A stretch of DNA of 64,000 nt. Source: Eledone cirrhosa (taxonomy: Eukaryota). A program made the position numbers and the translations under genes. The stretch lies in NCBI GenBank assembly GCA_964016885.1, contig OZ024747.1:1798001-1862000 (forward strand), in the 5' to 3' direction. The notes beneath the pieces are model-generated. The model saw only the letters and a list, made by a program, of their open reading frames with translations. It was not told where the DNA came from and did no database searches. This document shows positions 1 through 13,871 of the stretch, one piece after another (positions within the stretch are counted from its first letter, which is position 1; every line of letters begins with the position of its first letter).

Positions 1-332
1 ATTATAAAGTCTGCTAATAAGATTCTAATTAAATAAAGACTATTATTGACCTCATCTTTTGTATGTATATTTGTAATATTTATGTCTAGACTATAACTCA
101 ATTGGATTGCTAGCTGATTGTCATCAGCTATCTTCCGTGTGGGCTTCTGATAAGGTCACAAAACCATAAAAGAAAATGTCTGTGGTATTTGTTTCAGTTC
201 TTTGTGTTCCAAGTTCAAATCCTATCGAGAAGGTTTTTCAACCTTTCAATAACCTAAATATGAGGTCCAGGGTAGAAGATTGGTGGAACTTTTCAAATGT
301 TCGACAAAATGCCTTGTATTATTTATTTCCAA

Positions 333-522
333 GGCAGTGGATTGGCAGTATCAGTAGAGGGTCCGACGCCATGCTTTGCAGCATAGAGTTACGGCCTTTT
401 ACAGTCTGAGTTCAAATCCCGCCGAGGTTAACTTTGCCTTTCATCCTTACGGGGTCGATAAAATAAAGTACCAGTAATACACTGGGATAATTGCTGGCCT
501 TGTGCCAAAAGTAGAAAAAATT
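333..522 (+). mobile_element. tRNA-derived SINE, family 1, near full length
   Basis: A-box-like TGGCAGTATCAGTAG, B-box GAGTTCAAATCC (408-419), body AAATAAAGTACCAGT...TTGCTGGCCTTGTGCCAAAAGTAGAA. Close copies at 12200-12390 and 26712-26899. TTATTTATTT occurs on both flanks (possible TSD). Confidence 0.85.
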
Positions 523-1077
523 ATTTATTTTCTCTGATGTGTTCAAAATAATTATATTTTCTCCCCAAACTACCAAAACACACATCTATTTGTATATGTG
601 CTACAATATATGTACATGGTATGTTTATCACATATCAAAGTATTTTATATCTTGGTTGATATTTTATAATAACAGCTAAACTAATCACTACAACTAAATT
701 GACCAAATTTGCCCCTCCCCTCCAATTCAGAGAAGCTTTCACCACCTCTGTTATTTCCATATTTAGTTTCAGTTATTTCCTATTTAGTTAAACTGAGATG
801 TTTAGAAGTTAAATATAATGACACAACACAATAGCAAGGACAACATATAATAGAATGTGAGGACTTGTTAACCTGCTCTTATATCTGTTTAGACATCATC
901 ACTCTCTTTAACACACTCCATATACTGTCATCATCATTTCAATGGCCTGCTTAAAATGATGATGGTGGTGATGATGATGATGATGATGATAATATTGTCT
1001 ACATGTTGCATATTTTCCTAAAAAAAACCAGCATGTGACTTGTCTACAAAACCTCATTTCAAAATATATGTAAAATA

Positions 1078-1712
1078 GAGGTGTGACGTATCTATTGTTG
1101 TGACATATCTATTGGTGTGACATAGCTATTGTTGTGACATAGCTATTGGTGTGATATAGCTATTGGTGTGACATAGCTATTGGTGTGACATAGCTATTGT
1201 TGTGACATATCTATTGGTGTGACATAGCTATTGGTGTGACATATCTATTGTTGTGACATAGCTATTGGTGTGACATAGCTATTGTGACATATCTATTAGT
1301 GTGACATAGCTATTGGTGTGACATATCTATTGGTGTGACATAGCTATTGTGACGTATCTATTGGTGTGACATATCTATTGTTGTGACATAGCTATTGGTG
1401 TGACATAGCTATTGTGACATATCTATTAGTGTGACATATCTATTGGTGTGACGTAGCTATTGGTGTGACATATCTATTGGTGTGACATAGCTATTGTGAC
1501 GTATCTATTGGTGTGACATATCTATTAGTGTGACATAGCTATTGTGACATATCTATTGGTGTGACATATCTATTGTGACATAGCTATTGGTGTGATATAT
1601 CTATTGGTGTGACATATCTATTGTTGTGACATAGCTATTGTTGTGACATAGCTATTGTGACATAGCTATTGTTGTGACATAGCTATTGTGACATAGCTAT
1701 TGGTGTGACATA
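1078..1712. repeat. 17-bp minisatellite (GGTGTGACATAGCTATT and variants, some 14-bp units)
   Basis: Tandem units read directly. Confidence 0.95.
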
Positions 1713-1784
1713 TACACAAGTATATAAGATATCACTTTATATATAGCAAGGATATTGCATAACTATATGTATATATGCATGTGC

Positions 1785-1940
1785 TGGAGTGTGTGTGTGT
1801 GTTGGTGTGTGTGTGTCGGAGTGTGGATGTGTTGGAGTGTGTGTGTGTTGGAGTGTGTGTGTTGGAGTGTGTGTGTGTTGGAGTGTGTGTGTGTCAGAGA
1901 GTGTGTGTGTGGCAGGAGATGAGAGATAGATAGATAGATA
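1785..1940. repeat. (GT)n / GTTGGAGTGTGT compound microsatellite
   Basis: Read directly. Confidence 0.85.
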
Positions 1941-1943
1941 GAG

Positions 1944-2090
1944 AGTTAGCTTTGCCTTTCATCTTTACGAGGTCGATAAAATAAAGTACCAGTAACACAC
2001 TGGGGTCGATAAAATAAAGTACCAGTAACACACTGGGGTCGATATAATCGACTTTCTTTTCCTCCAAAATTGCTGGCCTTGTGCCTAATT
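1944..2090 (+). mobile_element. SINE family 1, 3' fragment with internal tandem duplication
   Basis: CTTTGCCTTTCATC...GGTCGATAAAATAAAGTACCAGTAACACACTGG (twice)...TTGCTGGCCTTGTGCC matches the 3' half of 333-522. Confidence 0.8.
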
Positions 2091-2247
2091 CAGGAACCAT
2101 TATTGAATTGATGAGATAATATTTGATTATAATATATAATTGCTTTTATATTCTTTATATGTGTTATTGACAGACAATATCTTGCTACTATACTAGGAAC
2201 TGGTCTGAAGCGGTCCTTTATTAAATTCCTTCTTATTCTCCCTCTTA

Positions 2248-2497
2248 TTCCCGAGAGAGTCATGGGAGAAGAATCCTTAAACACTCCTTCCAACGGGTCT
2301 TGTCAGAAGCAACTGAACTGGCAGGAGACCCAGGGGTAGACCCAGGAGTAGACCCTGAGTAAGATCGTTGGATAACATCCATGAGCTTGGCTAGTCTCGC
2401 TTGGGGATCCAGCCAGATCAGTTGGGGGGGGGGGGGTGCTTCTGACAGGATCTGCTGGGGGGAGTGTTTGAAGACTCCGACCCCACGGCCCTCTCTC
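2248..2497. mobile_element. LINE (RTE-like, family B) 3' ends: inverted piece 2248-2313 joined to forward piece 2316-2497
   Basis: The forward piece decodes as decayed RRPRGRP..W.DNIHELG.SRLGIQPDQL...ASDRICW.ECLKTPTPRPS. The preceding 65 bp is the reverse complement of the same 3' end. Homologous to 43081-43311, 50458-50530 and 53800-54015. Confidence 0.7.
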
Positions 2498-2508
2498 TCT
2501 CTCTCTCT

Positions 2509-2716
2509 AGAAGAAGAAGAAAAAGAAAAAGAAAAAGAAGAAAAAGAAGAAAAAGAAGAAGAAAAAAGAAAAAGAAAAAGAAAAAAAAGAAGAAAAAGAA
2601 AAAGAAAAAGAAAAAGAAGAAAAAGAAGAAAAAGAAAAAGAAAAAGAAAAAGAAAAAGAAAAAGAAGAAGAAGAAGAAGAAAAAGAAGAAGAAGAAGAAG
2701 AAGAAGAAGAAGAAGA
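2509..2716. repeat. Polypurine (GAA)n/(GAAAAA)n microsatellite
   Basis: Read directly. Source of the spurious poly-K/R ORFs. Confidence 0.95.
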
Positions 2717-5291
2717 GAATATATTCATTTAAGACAGATTACAATATCAGAAATTTTAGTGGATGAAATGGCAATACAACAACAACAATATATGTTTTAA
2801 GACAATATTTTCTTACTAAAGTAGGGGTTAGTGTTGAGGACACATGGCAGGCTTTAGACTCATCATGGTGCCTTTTTGAGGCAATCATTATGGCCTGATA
2901 CCTGGTGCCAACCTATTTAGTTACCTCTCACAATATACACGGATATGGTGTGCTAAACTGGATAAACACATCAAGTAGACAAATGATAAGGATACTATAA
3001 AACCCAATTGCTGTTATGCTTTTACAAAAATATTTTCAAGTCTTTTTTAGACAAATCTGTTCATGAATAAAGAATATTACATTTAATAGAATTTGATTTC
3101 ATTATTTTGATTTTACTCCATGAAGGATTTACTATTCTAGAATGTTGTAACATTTAATAATACCAGGAACATTTTCATTTTCCAATATCTTTCAATTGTG
3201 TATGAATAGAGGTTTTGTTCCATTCAGTAATCAATATGCTTAGCGTTTACTATAGGACCACCATGGCAACATTTTCTTTAATTTGCAGAAATCGTCGAAA
3301 ATAATTATTTAATCAGTTCATTATTAATAATCAACAACTCTTACTATTTTCCAGAATTGCTTATCCTCAAAATGCCCAGAATCGATAATAGAGCATAAAT
3401 TTCTCATTATTTCTACAGAAGACAGCTAAAGTAAAGTGAATGGTTATTTTAATGAAAACCAATTCCTCTCAGCATTCATTCTAAATTACAACCTGATATT
3501 TTCAACCATTCACAGTCTTTTTCTCAGATCTGTAATCATGTATTCATCACTAATTCATATTTTTTTCCTTTACACATTATCTCTTAGAATTTCAGAGACA
3601 ATCTAAAAATAATCTTAGGATCTGTAGGTATTAGGCATTTGCCAGCAGAGGTAATTTTCATCAAGCTGTTTGACATTTTCATATTGCCTGTCTCTTTGAT
3701 TATGATGAGAATTCAGTTGGCTGAAATCCTCACTAAATCACACTTTGAAATTTGGCCATGCCTTTCGTAAGATATAATAATTCATGCATCATTATACCGC
3801 TCTCCATTTGGATTGCTGCTTCAAAGCTATGATAATACATTTACTATCAATGCATCTGTAGCAGCTGTACAGGAATTATCTTAAGAGTAAAACTATCTTT
3901 ATCTAACTGACTTCAGGCAAATTGTTCTCTTTCTATCTATCAGATTCTTTATTTGTCTTTCTTTTTTGTTCCCTTTCTCTGTCTCTCTTTCTTTCACTTT
4001 CTATTTCCAGCACCTTCTTGTTGGTAACAGCTGCATATAGTACTCCTTAATCAAGAAAATCTTTATATATTGTAGCAACATATTCCTTCCTCTTAAAATC
4101 AGATATGTTTTCAGAATTTACAATCATCATCATTATTACTATTCAATTTGCATCTAGCTAATCAGGATACATTCAATAAAACTTTCTAATATCAAACTCC
4201 CAACATCATTTATTGATTTATTCCCATGTATGAATGTTGTTTCGACACTCAACTTTTCTGAGACATCGCCAAAGCTAACAGTTGTGATGATTTAGCCATC
4301 TTCTCAATAAATACTATTCAAGTAGGAATCCACACAATCTTTCTAGAATTCTATAACATTTGACCAAATACTAAATCAATTGTAATTTGTTTTTATTCAA
4401 ATTAACATATAATCACTGTTTGTATTATAATTTCTCAAGTATTTGATTTCTTCAATTCATTAAAAGAGGAAATCCAAATCCTTTAAGTTATTTGTAAATG
4501 ATGTATTAAAAAAGTTAATGAAAATGTAAAAGTTATTCTAGTGTTATTCAAATTATCAAATCTCTGTTAAAACTACCTTCCTTTCTAATGAGATACATAT
4601 TGATGTTGAGCTTATAAAGCTTTCAGTTTATTATTAAAATAATACATTTTTAATTGCCTAATTAGAGGAAAAAGCAGTATCCATAAAACTCTCAGGGTCT
4701 CTGAAACTGATTTCAAGAGTGTGGACTCTGCTAAAAACCACCAATAGCTAGATAGTAGAGTTAATTAAGTTTAATTAACAGATCACCCAATGAGCTTCCA
4801 CACAACTTCCACCTACCAAATTTAACTCTCATTACATTGATCAATCTGAGGCTATGGTAGAAAAAATAATTCTTAGAGAAATTTGACAATTTCCAAATTG
4901 GATAAGATAATGGTGTAAATAATTGAAGTCTATTTATTGACAAGATAGAAATTTGTTTAACATGTAAAGCTGGAAGGAATGAGGCAACATTCTGAATTTC
5001 TAAGAGGTATGTTATCAGTGAAAATTGTCAATTTTGACAAATACAGAAGGTCATTAGTTAAATATTTTAGCATATTTTGGTGCCACAAAATAAATAATTC
5101 TATGCTAAACATTTAGAGAGAAAATAAGAAAGATAAGTAATTAAAGATGTAAAATATATATTAAAAAAATAATAAAAAAATATACATATTTTTTAACTCT
5201 ACAAAATAGATCAGCAACGCTGGTCACTCTCTTTCCCATCTCTCTCACTCTCCCCATCTCTCTCGCTCTCCCCATCTCTCTCCTCGACTAA

Positions 5292-5398
5292 TTATACTTT
5301 GCTAAATGATTTCACTTGCGATAGATTTGGGATGTAGTCTATATCTATTATTTCTCTTTGTACTTCCTCCTCTGTTATTTCAGCAGGCTTTGATAAAA
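5292..5398 (-). CDS. Candidate terminal coding exon of an unidentified gene (xLSKPAEITEEEVQREIIDIDYIPNLSQVKSFSKV*)
   Basis: Minus strand reads CTAAC branch-like motif, pyrimidine tract TTTCTTTCCATAG acceptor, then 34 open codons and TAA, in unique sequence. No homology recognised and no partner exon established. Confidence 0.3.
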
Positions 5399-7829
5399 CT
5401 ATGGAAAGAAATTTGAAATTAAGTTAGATGGAATCAGGTAAAATTCCAAGTTTCTAACAGTTATGGGATTAGTGAAAATAGGGAATTATTCCAACTGGTG
5501 TAAACGCTCTTAAGTTAATTATTTCAGCTTATTTTGGTACAGCAATATGAATAATACTTCTAGGATATATTTCTGCAGCTTGTTAAACTATGGAAGTTTA
5601 AGATCAATTAAAAAACAATGTCTTTTGAGAGTAAGTTTAATGTGATCTATAAGCTTTTCAATTTTTGATAAAATCAAATATTTATGTTTAATTACTCTAA
5701 GACGTATCTTTAGCATAGGCAACATCTGGTCTGCCGTCAACATTCTATGGTAATTTTATGCTGTTTATCTGATAGCCTTCATTTTCTCAATACTTTTCAG
5801 TGTTGTTTTCAGCAATGGTTCTCTTTAATACACCCTGTCTACTGTTGCTGCTGACTTTAGAACATAAAAATATCCAAAAATTTAGGTTAAAGTCTTCCCT
5901 GTAGACCTCTGTCCAGAGAGAAGTCTTCTATTCCCAGTTGTTTTATGTTTCATGGAACTGATAAGCGTATTATAGACATGAAATGGACTTTTACCAACTT
6001 TAACTGCATAGATTACAGAAGTTTTATAACTACAATAATCTTAAAATAAGCCATACTGGTACAACTGCATTTTGATTGAGAGGTTAATTCAAGCTATTTT
6101 AGATACTAATTTAAAAAGCTGAGGTAATCCCTGTTGTAGTTAGACTTTTGGGGTTGTATGGTTAACTAGATAATCTTAAGTGTGGTTAAAGTTCACTTTG
6201 AATGGTTGTAGAAGAATGTTTAGTGATAAACATGAGTAGAATATAGTTAGTAAGCTGCAAAAAGCAGAGATATTTATTTTAGATGTAAATAAAAAAAAAA
6301 GACCTACAGCTTAAGTATAAACAAATGATTGTAAATAGCAGAAAGTTGGAGGGTGAAGAGCATGGAAGACCTTGCCAAACATTTGTGTGGATCAAAATTG
6401 ATAGAATGATGGACAGAGAGGACTGATAGCACATGCTGTAATATTTCCATCTAGCAGCAATCTTTTGAGGTAAAAAATGAGAGACAAGTGAAGATTAGGA
6501 CATTGAGAAGGCAGCAAATAGAATCAGATAGACTGCCTTATTGTATTTGTGTTGGCTTCTTGTACTCAATATTCAAATCATGAAGATGTCACCTTTGTCT
6601 TATGTCTTTCTGTAGTTGACAATATTTTACTATATCTAAATACACCAACAATCTTACATCTCTGCACTCTCAACATGTAAGAAAGAAAGTTAAAATCTTG
6701 ATCATCTCACATCCTTCTGTCAAGTATTTAGATTGATCTCCCTTTCTCCCCACCCCCCTCTCTGATTTGTCTACCTTGTAGAATATTTACCTTCACAGGA
6801 CTGGAGTTTCTATTTTAAAAACACTCTAAAAACCTTTTATGGAAATCTAACGAAACATAAAAGGTGTAAGCTGAAACATTTATCATCATTGACTAATATG
6901 ATGTCAGAGTTAATATCTAAAGAAAGTAATTTATTGCATCATTTTGTTTTTTAACAAATATTTTTTAATGAAATTATTCAAGAAAATATAAACCTTAAAA
7001 TTAAAAACTAAATAAAATTATTGCATTTGTTCTTTCTCCCTCACCCCCATAAATTTAATATCAAATAATTTCATAATTATAAAGAAAATTCAAATAGAAA
7101 TGAAAATCCATGAATTTTGAGACATTCTGTTCGTTAGTTTATAAAAAAATAATTGAAAAATGGTCAACGGACTTGTTAATGAAGAATTGATTACTAGGTA
7201 AAAATAAAAATGTTAAAACAAAAATATTTAGAAATATTCATCTGGGGAATGTTATAATTTTAATATATAAAATTCAAAGTGTAAATATTTTCATAAAAAT
7301 TTTAAATGTTGTAATAACTGGTTAAATTATATTGTAGCAAAAGAGAAAAAAAAATATCATTAATGTAATAATAGAAAATTTATGTTCATTTTAAATTACT
7401 TCAAATTATTTCTAAGAATTATGAAATATAACATGGGAATTAATTACCTCAGGCAAAGTTTAAAACAACAACAACAAAAAAAAAATCAATTTTTTCCCAA
7501 TTACATTCACTTGCTCTTTCCCTCTAATTACCTCTGAATACATATATAGAGAATGAGAGAGAAAGGAATGGGGTAGGAGTGAAAGAGACAAGAATATTTG
7601 CCCAAAAGCTGCACAAAGAATTGAATAACATTAAAAATATCCTTGAGTTTTGAGAACATTTTTTGTTAAAAATCAGAATAGCTGTATATAGAAGACATCA
7701 GTCATGAGAAGTTAGTGACTTTCTCCACAGCAATAACTGTTAAATATGGAAATAAACTAGAACATTCTACTCTGTATTTTCAATATTGTTACAGCATCCT
7801 TTCTTTCCTATTTTCCTTTTTTATTCATA

Positions 7830-8700
7830 TTTCATTTTGTGGGAGAAGCCTTTTGCAGCTAGCAGTGGTAGTAGTTCCCTGAACTTCTTCCATCCCGTTC
7901 TTACCCTAGTTATTGTACTTTCTGAACACCCACCTCCGCTGCTAATTCGGTCACCTAGGTAGCACAAACTGTCTACTGTTTCTACAGAGCCCTCCCAGAG
8001 ATTGGTGGTACTTGTTTCCTGTGGCTGTTTGCTGCTTGCTGTCCCAGCACAGCTGCTGCATGTGAAGCCTTTCTTTCTAGTCTCTGCTTCCAAGTTTGGA
8101 ATTTCTTCTCTAGTTCTACCATAGATTCAGCAAAAGTGCGAGGTCATCAGCATACAGGAGTTCCCATGGGCATCCTGTCTTAAACTCCTCCGTTATTGCC
8201 TACAGGACTATGATGAACAGGAGAGGGCTAAGAACAGAGCCCTGGTGGACACCAACCTGTATGCTAAATTCCTCGCTATACTCATTGCTAATCCTAACTT
8301 TGCTGACTGCTCCCCTATACATGGCTTGTACAGCTTTCACAAGCCATTCATCTACTCCTAGTTTTCTAAGAGCCCACCAGATTACAGCACGTGGAACTCT
8401 GTCAAAGGCTTTCTCGAGATCGACGAATGCCAGGTAGAGTGGCTTACTTTTAGCTAGGTACTTTTCCTGTAACTGCCTCACAAGGAAGAGGGCATCAGTG
8501 GTGCCTCTTCCTGGTACAAACCCAAATTGCATCTCATCTAGTTTCACCCGGTCCCTAATCAACTGTGCTATAACTCTTTCTGTTACTTTCATGACCTGGT
8601 CCATCAGCTTTATACCTCTATAGTTTCCTCTATCTAGTGCATCACCTTTACCTTTGTAGCAGTTGACAATGATGCTACTGCACCAATCTTTTGGTATGAT
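7830..8700 (-). pseudogene. RTE-clade LINE reverse transcriptase fragment, defective
   Basis: KGKGDALDRGNYRGIKL, QFGFVPGRGTTDA, AFVDLEKAFDRVP, GVHQGSVLSPLLF, in-frame TAG at 8200-8202, ELLYADD, then frameshift and deletion, YLGDRISSGGGC...KGFSHKMK. Confidence 0.95.
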
Positions 8701-8926
8701 GTGTTGTTAGTAATGTGAGAGTTGGTAAGGAGTTCAGGAAGGAACTTCATATTAAACATTATGCCTGCATAGACACCAATATTTTCTTTCTCTCAAAAAC
8801 ATGTTTATTTATAAAAGTATTGTGTTTAAATTTGTTTAATATTAAATAAAATAAGTATGAATTCACGACATATGTACATGTGTGTGTATGTATTATGAGT
8901 ATATATATATATATATATATATATAT

Positions 8927-9317
<391 letters not shown>

Positions 9318-9922
9318 TGTGTGAATGTGTGTGTGTGTTTCTAGAGAGATTTGCACACGCACTAATATAAAACATATTTATGTATCTATTCCCACACACA
9401 CCTATCGCTCCTTCATATATACCCCCTACTAAAGATCTAATGGTGCTACTATATCTAAATAAGGAAATAAAGTGACTCAGTCTGCTAGAAATAAAGGTGA
9501 AATATCCATCATATATCTTACACCATTAAATTTAAAGGAAAAGATATTTTTTAAAATGGAACAAACCTATTGCCAGCCATCTGTTTCATCAGGGCTCACC
9601 AATGGCTAAACACCAGCAACAACATAAACTATGTTTCAACAATATCACACACTTCAGGCAAGTATTTTCAAATTTGCTAAGATTAAATGATAAGCTACAT
9701 AGATTCTTTAAAACCTATATAATAAATCAATGGAATATAATGGAAGTTAGTTCTGGAAAGATTCACATAAATAACAGTTTTTTAATCTATTATCCAGTAA
9801 GAAATAAATAGACGTAAAAAATGACTTTATGTTACAAAATTGAACCTAATAAATCTTTTGCAGAGTAATTTCAGTTGTCTTTAAGACAATTTAAAATAGA
9901 ATCTTCATTTATCATGTATACA

Positions 9923-9970
<48 letters not shown>

Positions 9971-9971
<1 letters not shown>

Positions 9972-10160
9972 CAAAGGAATTGTGGTAAGGAACCAGATGG
10001 ACCATAACGCACCAGAGTACTCAATACTTAGGGTAGTAGAGTGGGAAATAGGAAAAAGTATGACCCCAACGGCAGAGCTCAAGCCATTTCGATGGCTATT
10101 TCTGGACAGAAATAGCCGTCGAAACTGCTTGAGCTCTGCCATCGGGGTCATACCTTTTCC

Positions 10161-10163
<3 letters not shown>
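9971..10163. mobile_element. (TA)n-embedded hairpin element, family A copy 1 (Penelope-like inverted pLTR remnant)
   Basis: Inverted arms 10048-10104 / 10107-10163 plus a 77-bp one-sided tail. Copies at 19002-19197 and 29731-29855. Confidence 0.75.
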
Positions 10164-10191
<28 letters not shown>

Positions 10192-11300
10192 GAGAAAACT
10201 CATTGCTAGAACAGCTGTTGAAACAGCTAAATGCTGTCAAAGACAGTGATGGGCAAAAATGCCTGAGAGGACAGAAGACCAGCGGCCGAAGGTCAACAGT
10301 GAGGGGTCAACATGAGGTGGGTGACAGGCAGATGAAATATAATGCCTCAGAGGACAGAGACCAGTGGTCAAAAGAGAGACAATCCACAAGGAGGGTGACA
10401 GGCAGATGAAATATAGAAAAGATTGAAAGAGGAGGGGGACAAGGAGAAATGTGTTGGGATACAGAAGTGACAAGAAGAAGGAAATAAAGAAAGGTGATGT
10501 ACAAGACAAGTTGACACACACATCGTCACCCTCATCAGATCTCAAACCAACAAAATGGTTTTGTACGATTTAATTGAGAAGTTAATCATTAAATTAAAAA
10601 CTTGTAACCATCCTAAAACTAAAAACCCAGCTGAGGGCAGAAATAAATTGTTACTGCCGTCACAGGTGGTCCGACCCCACTGCAGGGGACCTGGAGTAAC
10701 TGCTCACTGTGGCCCCCATTAAATCTGGCCCTAATTATATGAAGTCAAAAGAACTTTCCTCAATTTCTGTTTCATATGATGGAAGTAAAATGTTTTGAGA
10801 GAATAAAAACAAACAATTGGTAGCCATGGTGATAATAATGTGGTGGAATTCTAGTTTCATTTATTCCTTTTAACAAGAGATTTATTGAATAAACACACAC
10901 ACATACACACCACACACATACACAACACACACCACACACACAAACACCATACACACATACATCACACATACACAAACACCACAAACACACATACACAAAC
11001 ACCACACACACATACACACTACACATACACACCACATGCACACACACACCACACACAATCATATATACACCTATCCACACAAACACTCATACTACACCCC
11101 ATTTTATATATATACATATATATAAATACTATAAATTATAAGGTGAAATACGATAAATTTACATACAAAATCAATAAATATATTTTATATCTAAAAGTAT
11201 CAATTTTCCTCAATTGATCTTTTACAGATTGTTATCTGTTATTTCTTATGTATTCATATTTTATCTCAAGAGCACTTTATATATATATATATGTGTGTGT

Positions 11301-11425
<125 letters not shown>

Positions 11426-11435
11426 TATATATGTA

Positions 11436-11468
<33 letters not shown>

Positions 11469-11480
11469 GTATGTATATAT

Positions 11481-11612
11481 ATTTCGTTTCTGAATTTGTT
11501 TAGCAAGATTCTTTATCTGAAAACGTGTGTTGAAACCGATATTGTTATACTTTGGGAGGGTCATGTTGCCAATAAGAAACACACGCACCAGTTGCTTTCA
11601 CTCCAATTTATT
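11481..11612 (-). mobile_element. Family B Penelope-like pLTR 3' end with tail, partial copy
   Basis: Near identical to the tail at 34506-34566 and continuous with sequence matching 34137-34205. Abuts (TA)n. Confidence 0.75.
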
Positions 11613-11621
11613 ATAAATTAA

Positions 11622-11782
11622 TGATGGTGGTGGTGGTGGTGGTGGTGACGGTGGTGGTGACGGTGGTGGTGGTGGTGGTGGTGGTGAGGGTATGGTGGTG
11701 ATGATGATGTTGGTGATGATGATGGTGATGATGATGATGATGGTGATGATGTGGATGGTGGTGATGATAATGATGATGATGT
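11622..11782. repeat. (GGT)n/(GAT)n microsatellite
   Basis: Read directly. Confidence 0.9.
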
Positions 11783-12199
11783 TGAGAAAATAATGATTAC
11801 TATGGCACCGTCTTCTTAAGGCTCCAAGGAGAAAGTAAAGTTTCTTGTCACCTTCAGAAATGGAACTGATGGCAACACTGATTATTCTACAGGAAAAGTT
11901 ACCTCAACAACTTCCTCATTACTTGATCTTGTTGTCAGAACCTCAGACCCTCAGACCCTCAGGCCAGCCATCAAGTAGTTTTTACTGTCACAGGTGTAAC
12001 AACTGGGCTTTCTTCTCTATACCATCAGTTTTATTGCTTTTGGCTCTGTACCTATAATGAGACATGAAAGGCAAAGCTAACCTCAGTGAGATTTGAACTC
12101 AAAGCATAAAAGGCCACAAAACATATTGTTCAATGCTCTACCGATCCACTGTATAAAAACAAAATACTAAATCTTCAATAAAAATCAGCTCACCTCATT

Positions 12200-12390
12200 A
12201 ATTGTTTCTACTTTTGGCACAAGGCCAGCAATTATCCCAGTGCATTACTGCTACTTTATTTTATTGACCCTGTAAGGATGAAAGGCAAAGTTAACCTCGG
12301 CGAGATTCAAACTCAGACTGTAAAGGGGCGTAACTCTATGCTGCAAATCATGGCGTCCAACCCGCCTACCAATACTGCCAATCCACCACA
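12200..12390 (-). mobile_element. SINE family 1 copy
   Basis: Reverse complement of 333-522. CTCATTAAT on both flanks (likely TSD). A more decayed copy lies at ~12055-12150. Confidence 0.85.
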
Positions 12391-13169
12391 TCTCATTAAT
12401 GACACCTGACTTCCTCTAATGAGATAAGTCCCCTTATTGCTCTCTCTACCTGGCTTTGCTATATAATTTTCTGTTTTTTCTTTACAACCAAATTCCCTCT
12501 CAACACTTAAATGTTTTTAAATGAAAAAAGAAATGTCCACAGTGATGTTTTCTTCTGTTGCCTGCCTCTCTCTTCCATCACCCCCCCCTCTTACACACAC
12601 TGAAAGACATGTATATATGTGTGTTCTGGTGACCCCCTCTTCAATTTTGGCATGCAACTCGTTAGCATGTGCTATACACACACACATGTATATGTACATA
12701 CATATGTATATGTACACATGCTAGTGTGAACGATGATGATGATGAAATAATACTTGTATATAAAATTCATTAGAAATATAAAATTATTTATAGGAGCAAG
12801 TCCAATTCTTTATTGGACTTCCATCTCTCTCAGTTCTTGTCTCATTCCATTATTTTCTCAATTTTTATTCCTTTAATTCTAAAAGGTCATGATGACTCAA
12901 TGGAGAAATTTCAATTCAAAATAGATTTGCTCCTGTATCTGGTTTTTAGCAATTAATACAGGTTCTTAACTTTAAAACGATCTCCGTCTAGAATAAACTT
13001 TATTGATTGACATAAAAACCATTAGAATTTACACATTATTGCCAACAAGATAGAAATATATTGCAGTGACATATTAAAGTTGTGGAGGTGATGGATTGTT
13101 GGTATTTTTGGTTGGTGTGGAGCTGTTTTATTGAAGACTTGCAGGAAATGTGGGAGTCAGTTGGTAAAA

Positions 13170-13871
13170 GATGAGGACAGTACACTGGCTGAGGACAGTA
13201 CACTGGCTGAGGACAGTACACTGGCTGAGGACAGTACACTGGCTGAGGACAGTACAGTGGATGAGGACAGTACACTGGCTGAGGACAGTACACTGGCTGA
13301 GGACAGTACACTGGCTGAGGACAGTACAGTGGATGAGGACAGTACACTGGCTGAGGACAGTACACTGGCTGAGGACAGTACACTGGCTGAGGACAGTACA
13401 CTGGCTGAGGACAGTACAGTGGATGAGGACAGTACACTGGCTGAGGACAGTACACTGGCTGAGGACAGTACACTGGCTGAGGACAGTACAGTGGATGAGG
13501 ACAGTACACTGGCTGAGGACAGTACACTGGCTGAGGACAGTACACTGGCTGAGGACAGTACACTGGCTGAGGACAGTACAGTGGATGAGGACAGTACACT
13601 GGCTGAGGACAGTACACTGGCTGAGGACAGTACACTGGCTGAGGACAGTACAGTGGATGAGGACAGTACACTGGCTGAGGACAGTACACTGGCTGAGGAC
13701 AGTACACTGGCTGAGGACAGTACAGTGGCTGAGGACAGTACAGTGGCTGAGGACAGTACACTGGCTGAGGACAGTACAGTGGCTGAGGACAGTACACTGG
13801 CTGAGGACAGTACACTGGCTGAGGACAGTACACTGGCTGAGGACAGTACAGTGGATGAGGACAGTACACTG
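13170..13871. repeat. 18-bp minisatellite (GAGGACAGTACACTGGCT), 39 units, with 5+4 higher-order pattern
   Basis: Units counted from the ORF translation. The variant GAGGACAGTACAGTGGAT closes blocks of 5,4,5,4,5,4 units. Confidence 0.97.

Noticed and set aside
2381-2800. Poly-K/R protamine-like ORFs (also 50449-50694) and the poly-P/G ORFs at 49791-50131
   Set aside because: Simple-repeat translations attached to LINE ends.
9599-9716. Possible minus-strand exon (AG...GTGAGC, open frame VLKNLCSL...)
   Set aside because: The donor end lies in a degenerate interspersed repeat and the peptide is not protein-like.
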